64,000 nucleotides of DNA from Antedon mediterranea (Eukaryota; Animalia; Echinodermata): assembly GCF_964355755.1 (NCBI RefSeq), contig NC_092672.1:31936437-32000436 (forward strand), written 5' to 3'. The notes beneath the pieces are model-generated. The model had not been told where the DNA came from, did not search any database, and saw only the letters and a program-made list of their open reading frames with translations. Within the stretch, counting starts at the first letter, position 1. Each line of letters begins with the position of its first letter. Below, one piece after another: positions 24,901 to 38,251 of the stretch. Made by a program: the position numbers and the translations under genes.

Positions 24901-27900
24901 TACAATCCAATAGCTTCCAGAAAACGTTTTAATCATGATTATCACGTTTTATTCTGACGAGCTATAACAGATTGAAATTTACTGTAAAGATGAAAATAAG
25001 TGACCCACGTTATTTTCATTTTTAGACATGATGACGTCATAAAAATTAAAATATTTTAACTCATGCGAACGATAGTTGATTGACCTAGATAATATAAAAA
25101 TCGGGGTGAAAATGGAAAACAGATAATTGGAGATGCGCTCTATTAAATGTGATGAGCTATGATGAAAGATACAAAAATTCTATTTTTTATATTCGCATGG
25201 CCATACGATGACGTCACAATGTCCGGTAAGCCGTATTGATGCATGATACATGATCTACAACTCATCATCTTCCAAAATACGTAATAAAAATAACTTTTAC
25301 CGTTTAGTTTAGAAACTACGACTGTTTAAAAAAAGGTATAATTTTGACAAATTTTGACAAATTTTTGAACTTTTTCATCAAAAACGCACATAAATTATCC
25401 AATTCGACGTGCAGTAACAACATATTAACGTGTAAAAGAAATTCGAATACGTGAAATATTGATGCGCGTTCTTTTAAATGTAATGAATGATGACGCAAAA
25501 TATGAAAATACGACATTTTTTATTTAACTGGCCATATGATGACGTCACAACATGCGATTGGCAAAATGTTGACAGGATTTCGTATCTACAATCCAATAGC
25601 TTTCAGAAAATGTTTTAATCGTGATTATCACATTTTATTCTTACGAGCTACAACAGATAAAAATTTACTGTAAAGATGAAATTAATGACCCACGTAATTA
25701 AAATTTTTAGGCACGATGACCTCATAAAAATTTAAATATTTTTAACTTGTGCGAAAGATAGTTGATTTACCTAGACAATATCAAAATCGGCGTGAAAATG
25801 GAAAACTGATAAGTGGCGATGCGTTCTACTAAATGTGATGAGCTATGACGAAAGATACAAAATTCCTAAATTTTATATTCACGTGGCCATACGATGACGT
25901 CACAATGTCCGGTTAGCCATAAAAATACATGATCCGATATCTACAACTCATCAACTTCCAGAATATGTCATCCACAAAAAGTTGATCGTGTAGTTTAGAA
26001 ATTATGACTGTTTAAAAAAAGGCATAATTTTGACAAATTTTTGAACTTTTTCATCAATAACGCGCGCAAATTGTCCAATTCGACGTGCTCGTATGACGTA
26101 ACTTTAAGTCGAAATTGTTTAAAAGTTGGTAAAATTACTAGAAAAGGCTGGACAAATATAAATCACGCGAAAAAAATATGTTTTTAATGCTACGTGCGCA
26201 CCACACACGTAAAAATTTGCGCACGCGTGGGAATTTTTGACATGCTTAAAATGACATGAAACTCGTAGAAAATTGAATAGAAATTAATTTTGCGCATTTT
26301 AAATTTTTAAATGCGCGTACACGCGTAACTTTGTGTAAAACACGCAATTTTTTTTTAACAGGAAGTTAGCGCATGACACAAATTAAACTTTTGCAAAGTT
26401 TCAGTTTAAAATCTTTTATGGTTTTCGATCTATGTTAAATACGCGAAATTCATAAAATCGCACGTAAGTCACGTTGCACAACTCTGACGTCATTAAAAAA
26501 TAGGAGGTGCACAAGTTCACGTAAATGCCCACATGTTGTCAAAGTTATGAAATGTTATGTTTACACATTTTAGAGAAACGCTCTACACAAAAATAGCGAG
26601 AAAGAAAGAAGAATAATACAGAAAAAAATATTGATCCCATACAATAACAAGGAGTTATCCGCCAAGTGCGGATAACTAATAAAAAGTTGATGTTGATGAT
26701 TTCGTACAATCACAAGAGGTTATCCAGCAACTTCGTTGCGGATAACCAACTAGACATGAAACTCGTCACTTTGACGAGTTAGTTATCCGCACAACGACAA
26801 ACGCCACGTGCACGTCATACGTTGGAATATTTCACACACAGATAAAGATTATGGCATTATGACAAGAACTGAAGAATATGATATGCTGTTAGTGCTGAAT
26901 TCTGTCAATTTTGTGTCATATAGTATACATGCAAACAGTATAATCTGTATACATATTACATACAGTGTAGAATAGGTGAAATTACGGGACCCGCCATTTA
27001 TTCAAATTTTTAACATGGCGACGGTATCAAAATGAAACACTTCGATAGCAATTTCAGAAGGAAATTATCTTAGGAACAACATATTAACGTGTAGAAGAAA
27101 TTTGAATACGTAAAATATAGATGCGCACCCTTTTAAATGTGATGAACTATGACGCAAAATATTAAAATACGACTTTTTTTATTTAACTGGCCATATGATG
27201 ACGTCACAACATCCGATTGGAAATTTTTTTACATGATTTCGTATCTACAATCCAATCGCTTCCAGAAAACGTTTAATCGTGATTATCACATTTTATTCTT
27301 ACGAGCTATAACAGATTAAAATTTACTGTAAAGATGAAATTAATGCCACATGTAATTTAAATTTTTAGGCACGATGACGTCATAACAATTAAAATATTTT
27401 TAACTCATGCGAAAGATAGTTGATTGACCTAGACAATATCAAAATCGGGGTGAAAATGGAAAATGTATAAGTGGAGATGCGCTCTATTAAATGTAATGAG
27501 CTATGACGAAAGATACAAAAATCCTCAATTTTATATTCGTGTGGCCATACGATGACGTTAAAATGTCCGGTTAGCCATATTAATACATGATCCGATATCT
27601 ACAACTCATCAACTTCCAGAATATGTTATCCACAAAAAGTTGACCGTGTAGTTTAGAAATTACGATTGTTTAAAAAAAGGCATAATTTTGACAAATTGTT
27701 GTACTTTTTCATCAAAAACGTGCGCAAATTGTCCAATTCGACGTGCTCGTATGACGTAACTTTAAGTCGAAATTGTTTAAAAGTTGGTAAAATTACTAGA
27801 AAAGGCTGGAAAAACATAAATTACGCGAAAAATATATGTTTTTAATGCTACGTGCGCACCGCACACGTAAAAATTTGCGCATGCGTGGGAATTTTTTACA

Positions 27901-28406
27901 TGCTTAAAATGACATGAAACGCGTAGAAAGTTGATTAGAAATTAATTTTTCGCATTTTAAAATTTCAAACGCGCGTGCGCGCGTAACTTCTTGTAAAACA
28001 TGCCATTTTTTGTGCACAAACAGTTTGCCCTTGATATGACTTAAATTTTCACAAAATGTAAAAACAAAATTACGCTTGGTTTTAAATCTATGATCAATTT
28101 AAAAAAATCATAAAATCACGCGTAAGTCACGTTGCGTAACTATGACGTCATTCAAAAATAGGAGGTGCACAACTTCACGTAAATGCCCATATGTTGACAA
28201 AGTTATGAAATGTTATGTTTACCCATTTTAGAGATACGCTCTGCACAAAAAGTGAGGGAGAAAGACTGAAGAATAATGAAAAAAAAAAAAAAGACACAGG
28301 ACAGTTCCAAGGAGTTATCCGCTAAATGCGGATAACTAAAAAAAAAGAGGATGATGATTTCGTACAATCACTAGGAGTTATCCTGCAACTTCGTTGCGGA
28401 TAACTA
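18918..28406 (-). mobile_element. Nest of four Helentron/HINE-like non-autonomous elements
   Basis: Four ends ACTAGACATG-CTCGTCACTTTGACGAG (hairpin)-GTTATCCGC at 18918, 22882, 24406 and 26749. Four opposite ends GTTATCC..GCGGATAAC at ~26669, 26747, 28339 and 28406. The empty site TATACAAATAAACC is seen at 46080. Confidence 0.85.
19928..22382. mobile_element. Kolobok-like non-autonomous DNA transposon
   Basis: TIR AGATGTATTGTCCCCC/GGGGGACAATACATCT with TTAA TSD (19924-19927, 22383-22386). It interrupts HINE element A. Confidence 0.8.
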
Positions 28407-28439
28407 ATAAACCTTCTTCTATAAATTAAACATTATCCC

Positions 28440-28785
28440 TGCATTAGCCAATCAGCAGCAGCTACTGAAAATTTTGGAAAGTCCAACAAACTATTTTTAG
28501 AATTTGATATTACTTCCTAGTTTTCTGTGCCTAGATTAGCTCAAATTTTACAATACTGGAACGTCTAGCTGCTTTTGTGACCTTTGTTTCTTATAACTCA
28601 TTTAATCATAGTAAGTATTATTATTATTAACTGTAAACATTTTTTTTTATAATCGAAATAATCTGTACACTAATCCTTGCGCAATTTTAAATTGCACAAA
28701 TTGTTTAATATATGCGCATAACATAATACTAAGATATTTAATAGATAGCTTTATTTATAGACTTAGATGTTTCATTTTCTTACAG
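28440..28785 (+). promoter_or_regulatory. Putative TRIM promoter, non-coding exon and 5'-UTR intron (28611-28785)
   Basis: CCAAT at 28448, GGAAAGTCC at 28476, ACTTCC at 28512, donor GTAAGT at 28611 and acceptor TTACAG directly before the ATG. Conserved upstream of copies 2 and 5. Confidence 0.6.
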
Positions 28786-30948
28786 ATGTCGGAACAAAAA
28801 GCATTACAATTCTTAGACAAGAATGATCTTGAATGTGCAATCTGTCTAGAAAGACTGACAGAACCAAAAACACTTGAGTGCCTCCATAGTTACTGTCTTC
28901 ATTGCCTGCAGAGTTTGATTAAAACAAGCGGCAAAATAAAATGTCCAAAATGTTGTAAGATGTACGATGACCTAAATCAATTTGATTTAAAAGATCTTAC
29001 TACCAATGAAATGTTAAGTTATCAAGTTAAATTTGTTGGGAATATTGAATCTGAAAAACCACCAAAGTGCTCAAGCTGTGATAACCAACCTGAATACTAC
29101 TGCTCTGAATGTCGAATGTATCTATGTGGACAATGTATTAAACATCATACAATAATTCCTGTATTGAAAAACCACCCATTGTACACACTGGACAAAATTC
29201 AAGGAGAAGGTAAAGATCTGCCACATAAATGCATATATCACAGGGACTGCATGCTTGAATTTTATTGCAGAATTTGTCTTAAAAGTGGATGTAAGAAATG
29301 TGAACATGTTCTACGCTGTTATCAAAATGAACATAATGTGATTCCATTCGAGACGGCTGTAGACGAGTTTAATCAAAATGCTACAGAAGTTAAAAAAAGT
29401 GCGGAAGAAATTAAAGAAAAACTAAAAAGAACAAGGGAAAGCTTCATGAAAGAAAGATCCGACTTTGAATTAAAATTAAAATTATGCAGAACAGCGATTG
29501 AATTACAAGAAGAAAACATTATTAAAAAGGCTCAGGAGAAAACAAGAGCAATGTTGATGGACCTTGACAAAATTGACAAAGAAAACAAAGAGCTTATTGA
29601 TAATAGAGTTAAAAATATTGACTCAAAGCTGTTGAAAGTTAATGAGATGTTGCCATTAATTAACACAATGATGAACAAACCAGAAGAAAGAGAAACACTT
29701 AGATCTCATGAGGAAAATATTAATTCTGTTAAAGAAGAAACTCTGGAATCAAAGTATGATGAATCTATCAAGATAAAAGCCCCTATTTTCATTCCATCTA
29801 AAAACTTGGATATGTTAATAGATTTGGAAGGCATTGGTAAAATGTCAAATGTTGAATGTGCATATGAGGTTGCTGAAGATAAAGTACCTATTATAGTCAC
29901 AAAAGGACAGCCATTTGAAGTGAAAGTTGTGTCAAGTTCAGTAGAAAGTGAGGAATCTATATTGGCTGCAACTTTAATTAATAAATCAGGTGAAGAATCA
30001 GCAACTGAAGTGAAATATCAAGGAAGTGGAGAGTACAGAATAACAGGAAGATGTCATAAAGAAGGAGATTGGAAGATGAAGATTACTGCTAGAAGAGAAG
30101 AAATCAAAGGATCACCAGTGAATATCAAGGTGGAAGCGCTAGGACTTGTGCATACCATTGATAACATAAGAAGGCGTAAAGTACATAACAAGAATGACAA
30201 AGTAAATGATGTAATATTAGATAAAGAAGGAAATTTAATTGTAACTAGTTTTAGTAAAGACTTATTGAAGTTCAACCAAGAATGTTCATTCATTGGTAGA
30301 ATAGAGATACCAGACAATGTACAGGTTGTTCGTATACATCAAATGAGTAATGGCCAAATGGTGTATAGTGATTACCTAAACAAAACTGTTGTCAAGTGTG
30401 ATGATAAATTTCAACAAATTCGTACATTTGGTAAAGGAACATTAACACACCCACGTGGATTGACAGTGAATAAGGAAACTAGAACCATGTATGTTGCAGA
30501 TTGGGATTGTCATTGTGTGTTTAAATTTAATGTTGATAGTGGTGAACTTATTGGTAGATTTGGTTCAAAAGGTAACAAAGAAGGAGAAATGAATATGCCA
30601 GATGGACTTGCTCTGACAAACGAGGGCAACCTGATTGTTGTAGAATTTGGAAATCACAGAATACAAATGTTTGATGCTAATGATAAGTTTATGAAAATTC
30701 TTGTAGGCAAAGGTGAGCAAGATGGTCATGTTCAATATCCTCATTATGTAGCGATAGAATCTGAGGAAAACCTCTTGGTATCAAGTAATAACAAACTTCA
30801 ATTATTTGATCAAAATGGAGATTTTCTCAAACGAATAGATGATGGTGGATTAGATGTACCTTGTGGAGTTGCAATAATCTCTAAGAAACCAAGAAGGGTA
30901 GCTGTAGCAAACTGGAGATCAAACAAAGTAAAAATATATAATTATTAA
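28786..30948 (+). CDS. TRIM-NHL E3 ubiquitin ligase (TRIM2/3/71-like architecture), copy 3, intact, 720 aa
   Basis: RING CAIC..CLHSYCLHC..CPKC, B-box1, B-box2, coiled coil, filamin (IKGSPVNI) and NHL repeats (PxGL..VAD, NHRIQMFD). Confidence 0.95.
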   Translation: MSEQKALQFLDKNDLECAICLERLTEPKTLECLHSYCLHCLQSLIKTSGKIKCPKCCKMYDDLNQFDLKDLTTNEMLSYQVKFVGNIESEKPPKCSSCDNQPEYYCSECRMYLCGQCIKHHTIIPVLKNHPLYTLDKIQGEGKDLPHKCIYHRDCMLEFYCRICLKSGCKKCEHVLRCYQNEHNVIPFETAVDEFNQNATEVKKSAEEIKEKLKRTRESFMKERSDFELKLKLCRTAIELQEENIIKKAQEKTRAMLMDLDKIDKENKELIDNRVKNIDSKLLKVNEMLPLINTMMNKPEERETLRSHEENINSVKEETLESKYDESIKIKAPIFIPSKNLDMLIDLEGIGKMSNVECAYEVAEDKVPIIVTKGQPFEVKVVSSSVESEESILAATLINKSGEESATEVKYQGSGEYRITGRCHKEGDWKMKITARREEIKGSPVNIKVEALGLVHTIDNIRRRKVHNKNDKVNDVILDKEGNLIVTSFSKDLLKFNQECSFIGRIEIPDNVQVVRIHQMSNGQMVYSDYLNKTVVKCDDKFQQIRTFGKGTLTHPRGLTVNKETRTMYVADWDCHCVFKFNVDSGELIGRFGSKGNKEGEMNMPDGLALTNEGNLIVVEFGNHRIQMFDANDKFMKILVGKGEQDGHVQYPHYVAIESEENLLVSSNNKLQLFDQNGDFLKRIDDGGLDVPCGVAIISKKPRRVAVANWRSNKVKIYNY

Positions 30949-31117
30949 ATAGCACATTTTATATACTTGATCAAACTACCAGAAAAACAAACAATTTCTA
31001 TATGCACACTGAATACCACCGATGATAAACAACAAACCTGTGTTGTTTGAGAATAATTAGTAATTTAATTAAATTTGTTAATAATGTAAAACTTTATATC
31101 AAATCAGCATTTCTTAG

Positions 31118-31120
<3 letters not shown>

Positions 31121-31157
<37 letters not shown>
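31121..31157. repeat. (AAT)n microsatellite
   Basis: About 12 TAA units, specific to this unit. Confidence 0.9.
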
Positions 31158-31158
<1 letters not shown>

Positions 31159-31454
31159 TTTATTCGGTCATCAATGTAAAAATAACTATGAACAAGATAT
31201 CAAGTAAATAATAAAAGTTACTAAAATGTAACCAAGCAATATTTGTTATTATTTATTTTTGTACATTCAACAAAAAGAAAGTTATTTTGAATGAGATCAA
31301 AATATGTAAAGTAAATATTAAGGCCTGACCACCTGATCAATTGTTTTGAAAGCCTGGGAATCAACTGCGCATTACATGAAGATTATAAAACAAAATTATT
31401 ATTTTAAAAATATTATAGTGATTTATTAAACAAAACTGTTTCCGTGACAAAAAA

Positions 31455-31940
31455 TTGCATAATAAAACATCCTGGAGGCTTGACAGTAAATAAGAAAACT
31501 AAAACCATGGTATGTGGCAAACAGAGAAGCTCACTGTGTACTTAAGTTTAATGTTGATAATGGAGACTTTCTTGGTTAAATTGGTGAAGAGGGTAGCAAA
31601 GAGGGTCAAATGAGGTTACCAAGTGATGCTGCTCTCACAAAGAAACGGAACCTGATTGTTGTAGATCATTTGAATAACAGAATACAACTGTTTGATCCAA
31701 ATCCTCATAGAGCACGGTGGAATAGATGGTTATGTCACTCTCAGAATATAGCCATAGATTATGATGAGAACATACTGATATCAAGTAGACACAAACTACA
31801 GCAATTTGATAACAATGGTGTTTTATAAAACAAATACATAATGTTGAGTTAGTTACATTAGATCAACATAATATCTATGAAAAAAGATAGTAGCTGTGAC
31901 AGAATATGGAGGAAACAGAGTCAAAATACATAATTATTGA
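31455..31940 (+). pseudogene. Decayed NHL-repeat relic (unit 3)
   Basis: Frameshifted NHL homology (LIVVDHLNNRIQLFD, IAIDYDENILISS). Confidence 0.78.
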
Positions 31941-32460
31941 TAATGTATAATGGGTAAAATCAATATATGCTCATTATTCAGAATTTTAGCTTATATATTG
32001 TAACTTTTATATTTAGTTTTTTATAATTAAAATATACTAAAATTAAACACTATATTTTTTAGGTTTGTGAATGATATATCATGTGATGTAATAGGTTTAA
32101 TGATTTGTTATTTAAAAATGTAAACATCTGTAAGACTACACTTGGATACAGTTTTGGCAAGGAGTTATATTATTAATATGGGAAATAACAGCTGTTATTA
32201 AATCAGTATGTTATCACATATTTGATAATGTTTTCACCCACTCCCATTGAACCCACCAATCAGACAAGGCAGCAATGTGTATCAGTAGACTTTAGACTTC
32301 AAATAATCGCTGAATCCTTTCTTTTAATGAAATATATGAAACTGTGCCTAGATTAGCTGTCTGTCTGGCTGCCTTTTTCCCCATTGTTTCATCTTTCTTA
32401 TAACTTATTTAATCATAATAAGTAGTATTATTATTATTAACTGTAACATTTTTTTTTATA

Positions 32461-35168
32461 CCGTATATTTCGGTGTATAAGTCGCACTTTTGACACGCAA
32501 ATTTGACCTCTAAATTAAGGGTGCGTCTTATACACCGAACATACAGTACAGATAATAAATACTGCAACATTTGGACGCGTAGACCACGTTTCGTACGCGT
32601 GGCAACTTCGTAGGTTTCGCGTGGCGTAATCTACGCAAGCTAACATGCTACGCGTAGTCTACGCGTAGCCTACGAAGCGAGAGCTAGGAGGGGAAATTCC
32701 AATGTTCAGATTATTGTGTACTGTGCTGCTGCACCACACACGGAATTTGTTAACGAATTTGAATACTAGTTTTCATCAAATTTAAAATGCGAGTTAATTA
32801 CTGTGAAGTAATAATAAATGTATTAATATTAGTATTAATTACCTGTGTGTTGGTTGTGTTAAAATGGGACATTTATTTTTATGAAAGAAGAACAAGTGTA
32901 CATCTATCACCGATCGGCCAACGTACGGCGGTCGTCGTCTGTTTGTGTGAAATGGCCTCCGGCTAGGCCTAGCTAGCTAGCTTACTAGCTAAAAAGGTAG
33001 GGTTGCCGGTACCGACAGTTTAATTTTAAAATATGTGGTACGCCTATAGTACTTATAGGCCTACTTAGTAGTAGTACTAGACTGTATGATAATCCATACT
33101 GTGTACAAGCGTTAATATGTACATGGCGTGAAAATGTGAAATAATGTGGTATAGCCTAGGTGACAGAAGGATATTTCCTCGATACGACAGTTTTCGCCGT
33201 GAAGCTGCTGTTTACCCACGTGTTTGTATCGCGCAGTTCAACTCTCTACTGTCTGAACTATGTTTGTTTACTACTAGGCTATAATTATAATGAACGATGT
33301 TTCGTTTTAAAAATGCGTTTAAATGAAATATTACGCTTATTTAGTACTATGGGATAATATGAATTGTTTAAATACTGTAAATGTCAAAATAATAGAATAC
33401 AAATACGATATTATTTTTGTTCCAACGGAAATCGAGACGGATCACTCCATTCGTAATTCATTAGCCAAGTGTGTTTATATCCACGTGTTTATGATCCGCG
33501 GATGGATACTCTCTCTGAACTGTACTTTTATGTTTTGATTTTAACCTTCAATTTTGTGAAGTTCAACTTTTATTAAATAAAGTCTTGCATATTTCCTAAC
33601 CCTAAAATGTTAATTATAATTTATTTTTATTTATAACTAAAATTACATTTATTTAAATACTATCTACTATTATCGCGCATGACTAAAAAAAAACAAAACA
33701 ACAAGATCAGGCAAGCACATTGTGTCCTCCGATTCCTCCTCCTCTCTGCTGATGACGATGTTCTAAACGACCTGTAACTTGACCCTCCACCGATCCTCTG
33801 CTGCAGGTTGTTACAATAGCTAATAATGGAGTTTGATGTACAGTTACGACAGTTTCAAACCTGGATATTTTTTGTTTAAATGAAACATACTGAGTACTGT
33901 ATTAATTACTTATAAAAAATTAACTTGCAATTTTAGGCCTACTACTAATACTATTACTATGGAAGGTAGTCATAATAACGGCCCCCGTCATCAATTCATT
34001 TTGTTCACTACTACTGCCTGGCCGGCGATGGTGAATGTACAGCAGTCAGCAGTAGGCCTAGTTAATTAGACTTTTCGCGTCTAGCCTAGGCTTTGAGCAA
34101 TTTTAATTGCTATTTTCTTTAGAAAAATTTGAATTTCAAGTATGTTTAATAATGATGATGATATTATTGTATTGGCGAAACAATCGTATCATTTCTATTT
34201 ATTCGAACTTTTCGTAGCCTGCTTAGCCGTCGACGATGTACTTGTACACAGTACACAGTTGAGTTTGGGGAATTCCCACACACAGTTGATCACAACGTAG
34301 GCCACGAATGCTACGCGTAGCCTACGCACTACGAATGCTACGCCACGCAACCGCCACGCACCCGCCACGCGTAGACTACGTTACCTACGCGTGGCAAATG
34401 TTGCAGTAGTTTTTATCTGTACTGTAAATGCCTCACCACACAGAGTGTACATATCGTCACCTCGTTGGCTAGGCTAGGCCTAGCTACAGTGTACTAACGT
34501 AACGGCAACCTGCTTCTGCCTAGTTTTCAAGGCATTTTAGCGTGATGTTATACTAAATATGATGAAAAGATTTGTTTATTATGGAGCTGTTTTAGGCGCT
34601 CCGATAAAATTTCATTTGTAAACGTTTACGATTGGAATAGTATTTATTTATAGTTATACGCACGATCGCCGACCGCCGTACCCCCAGCGCAAGCCCTTCT
34701 TGGCGGCCACATGTTGTACGGTATTCGACTAGTATATTCTCCAGATGATTATAGCATGGACCTAGCGTACACACTTCTCGGATAAATAGATACTAATCGA
34801 ATACGATTGTCCGTGAAAACGTGCGCCCTCTTGAAATGATCGAGCGAGGCTAGCCCACACACGTGCGTGTTACACACACGGTCATGCACTCGATGTTGCG
34901 GGTGCGAAACTCATGAATAACAAGTTAAAAACAACTTGTTGAGGCTGGCCGCGGCCGAGCCTAGGTAAGAAAAAACCTAAATAAAGGACGCCGTTGTAGA
35001 TATAACAAAATATATTATTACAATAAGATTGATTACAATATAAAAAAAACATTGTTTTGATGAAATATAAGGTGCGTCTTATCGACGATATAAAAAATAC
35101 CGATATTTTACTCTCAGTTAGGGGGTGCGTCTTATACACAGGTGCGACTTATACACCGAAATATACGG
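32461..35168. mobile_element. Tc1/mariner (pogo-like) non-autonomous element inside the 5'-UTR intron of copy 4
   Basis: TIR CCGTATATTTCGGTGTATAAGTCGCAC/GTGCGACTTATACACCGAAATATACGG with TA TSD. Confidence 0.88.
32544..34424. mobile_element. Second TA-TSD TIR element nested in the pogo-like element
   Basis: TIR CAGTACAGATAA..ACTGCAACATTT/AAATGTTGCAGT..TTATCTGTACTG, with subterminal TACGCGT repeats. Confidence 0.8.
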
Positions 35169-35285
35169 TAATCAAAATAATTTGTACACTTATCCTTGCG
35201 CAAATTTAAATTGAACGAAATTGTTCAATATATGCGCATAACATATTAAGATATTTAATAGATAGCTTTGTTTCATTTTTTACAG

Positions 35286-37451
35286 ATGTCGGAACAAAAA
35301 GCATTACAATTCTTAGACAAGAATGATCTTGAATGTGCAATCTGTCTAGAAAGACTGACAGAACCAAAAACACTTGAGTGCCTTCATAGTTACTGTCTTC
35401 ATTGCCTGCAAAGTTTGATTAAAACAAGCGGCAAAATAAAATGTCCAAAATGTTGTAAGACGTACGATGACCTAAATCAATTTGATTTAAAAGATCTTAC
35501 TACCAATGAAATGTTAAGTTATCAAGTTAAATTTGTTGGGAATATTGAATCTGAAAAACCACCAAAGTGCTCAAGCTGTGATAACCAACCTGAATACTAC
35601 TGCTCTGAATGTCAAATGTATCTATGTGGACAATGTATTAAACATCATAAAATAATTCCTGTATTGAAAAACCACCCATTGTACACACTGGACAAAATTC
35701 AAGGAGAAGGTAAAGATCTGCCACATAAATGCATATATCACAGGGACTGCATGCTTGAATTTTATTGCAGAATTTGTCTTAAAAGTGGATGTAAGAAATG
35801 TGAACATGTTCTACGCTGTTATCAAAATGAACATAATGTGATTCCATTCGAGACGGCTGTAGACGAGTTTAATCAAAATGCTACAGAAGTTAAAAAAAGT
35901 GCGGAAGAAATTAAAGAAAAACTAAAAAGAACAAGGGAAAGCTTCATGAAAGAAAGATCCGACTTTGAATTAAAATTAAAATTATGCAGAACAGCGATTG
36001 AATTACAAGAAGAAAACATTATTAAAAAGGCTCAGGAGAAAACAAGAGCAATGTTGACGGACCTTGACAAAATTGACAAAGAAAACAAAGAGCTTATTGA
36101 TAATAGAGTTAAAAATATTGACTCAAAGCTGTTGAAAGTTAATGAGATGTTGCCATTAATTAACACAATGATGAACAAACCAGAAGAAAGAGAAACACTT
36201 AGATCTCATGAGGAAAATATTAATTCTGTTAAAGAAGAAACTCTGGAATCAAAGTATGATGAATCAATCAAGATAAAAGCTCCTACTTTCATTCCATCTA
36301 AAAATTTGGATAAGTTAATAGATTTGGAAGGCATTGGTAAAATGTCAAATTTTGAATGTGCATATCAGGTTGCTGAAGATAAAGTACCTATTATAGTCAC
36401 AAAAGAACAGCAATTTGAAGTGAAAGTTGTGTCAAGTTCAGTAGAAAGTGAGGAATCTGTATTGGCTGCAACTTTAATTAATGATTTAGGTGACGAATCA
36501 GCAACTGAAGTGAAACATCAAGGAAGTGGAAAGTACCGAATAACAGGAAGATGTCATAAAGAAGGAGATTGGAAGATGAAGATTACTGCTAGAAGAGCAG
36601 AAATCAAAGGATCACCAGTGAATATCAAGGTGGAAGCGCTAGGACTTGTGCATACCATTGACAACATAGGAGAGCTGAAAGTACATAACAAAGATTTAAA
36701 AGTAAATGATGTAATATTAGATAAAGAAGGAAATTTAATTGTAACAAGTTTTAGTAAAGACTTATTGAAGTTCAACCAAGAATGTTCATTCATTGGTAGA
36801 ATAGAGATACCAGACAATGTACAGGTTGATCGTATACATCAAATGAGTAATGGCCAAATGGTGTATAGCGATTACCTAAACAAAACTGTTGTCAAGTGTG
36901 ATGATAAATTTCAACAAATTCGTACATTTGGTAAAGGAACATTAAAACAACCAGGTGGATTGACAGTGAATAAGGAAACTAGAACCATGTATGTTGCAGA
37001 TTGGGAATGTCATTGTGTGTTTAAATTTAATGTTGATAGTGGTAAACTTGTTGGTCAATTTGGTTCACAAGGTAGCAAAGAAGGAGAAATGTATTGCCCA
37101 GATGGACTTGCTCTGACAAAGGAGGGCAACCTGATTGTTGTAGAATTTGGAAATCACAGAATACAAATGTTTGATGCTAATGATAAGTTTATGAAAATTC
37201 TTGTAGGAAAAGGTGAGCAAGATGGTCATGTTCAATATCCTCATTATGTAGCGATAGAATCTGAGGAAAACCTCTTGGTATCAAGTAATAACAAACTTCA
37301 ATTATTTGATCAAAATGGAGTTTTTCTCAAATGAATATATGATGATGGTGGATTAGATGAACCTTTTGGAGTTGCAATAACCTCTAAGAAACCAAGAAGG
37401 GTAGCTGTAGCAAACCGGGGATCAAACAAAGTAAAAATATATAATTATTAA
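35286..37451 (+). pseudogene. TRIM-NHL copy 4 with premature stop (CGA>TGA at 37332-37334)
   Basis: The ORF stops after 682 aa. Homologous coding sequence continues in frame to the normal TAA at 37449-37451. Confidence 0.88.
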
Positions 37452-38251
37452 ATAGCACATTTTATATACTTGATCAAACTACCAGAAAAATACACAAACC
37501 AGAAATGGTGTTGGTAGTCTATAAGTGCTAGCTTACCTGGATAAACCGACAAATGCCATATTTCTCCTCGAAGAGCGAGATATACTCGAAAGTAGAAAAT
37601 TCATTGAACACCCCTCTCTCTAAATGGTACAGTCCACAAACCTCAAGTGGGAACATCCCTACAATTCACCATCATCATTTCTCAAGACCTCTTGTCTGAG
37701 GGGATGGCGGGAGGGTGTTTATCCAGGTAAGCTAGCACTTATAGACTACCAACACCATTTCTGGTTTGTGTAGTCTATTACGTGCCTAGCTTACCTGGAT
37801 AAACCGACAAATGCCAGTGTAGCAACGGACTAGGTACTAGTCGGCGGTGGGAGACAAGCTACCAATGAGCTTTGTATGTCCATCACTGATGTGGCTACAG
37901 GCGCAAGGTTTGCAGAGCTGTCCAAGGTAATGTGTTCACCATCATGCCTCTATGGACAGATGGTGCACAACAGCGGCACTGGAAACGTTCGGTTTCTCTA
38001 GTCCGTGCATCGATATCTTTATTTTTTATTTTTTTTTTTTTAAGCAAGATCTTGAAGCAAGACCTTGAGGCCGTACAGGAATCCACAACTCTTTAGTGGC
38101 TCCGACGGTATCCTTTTCAAAAGAGCACCTCGCTCACCGGGGGCTCTGATTCGATGCAGTTTCCCTCATGCTAGAAAACTTCATTAAGTACTAGCTGCAC
38201 CCTCCACAATTACCTCTGACTTGGTTCTAAGGTAAGAGCGAACAACTTGCC

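Noticed and set aside
30054-30317. Recurrent antisense 87-aa and 61-aa ORFs in TRIM copies
   Set aside because: Shadow ORFs that recur only because the paralogs are near-identical.
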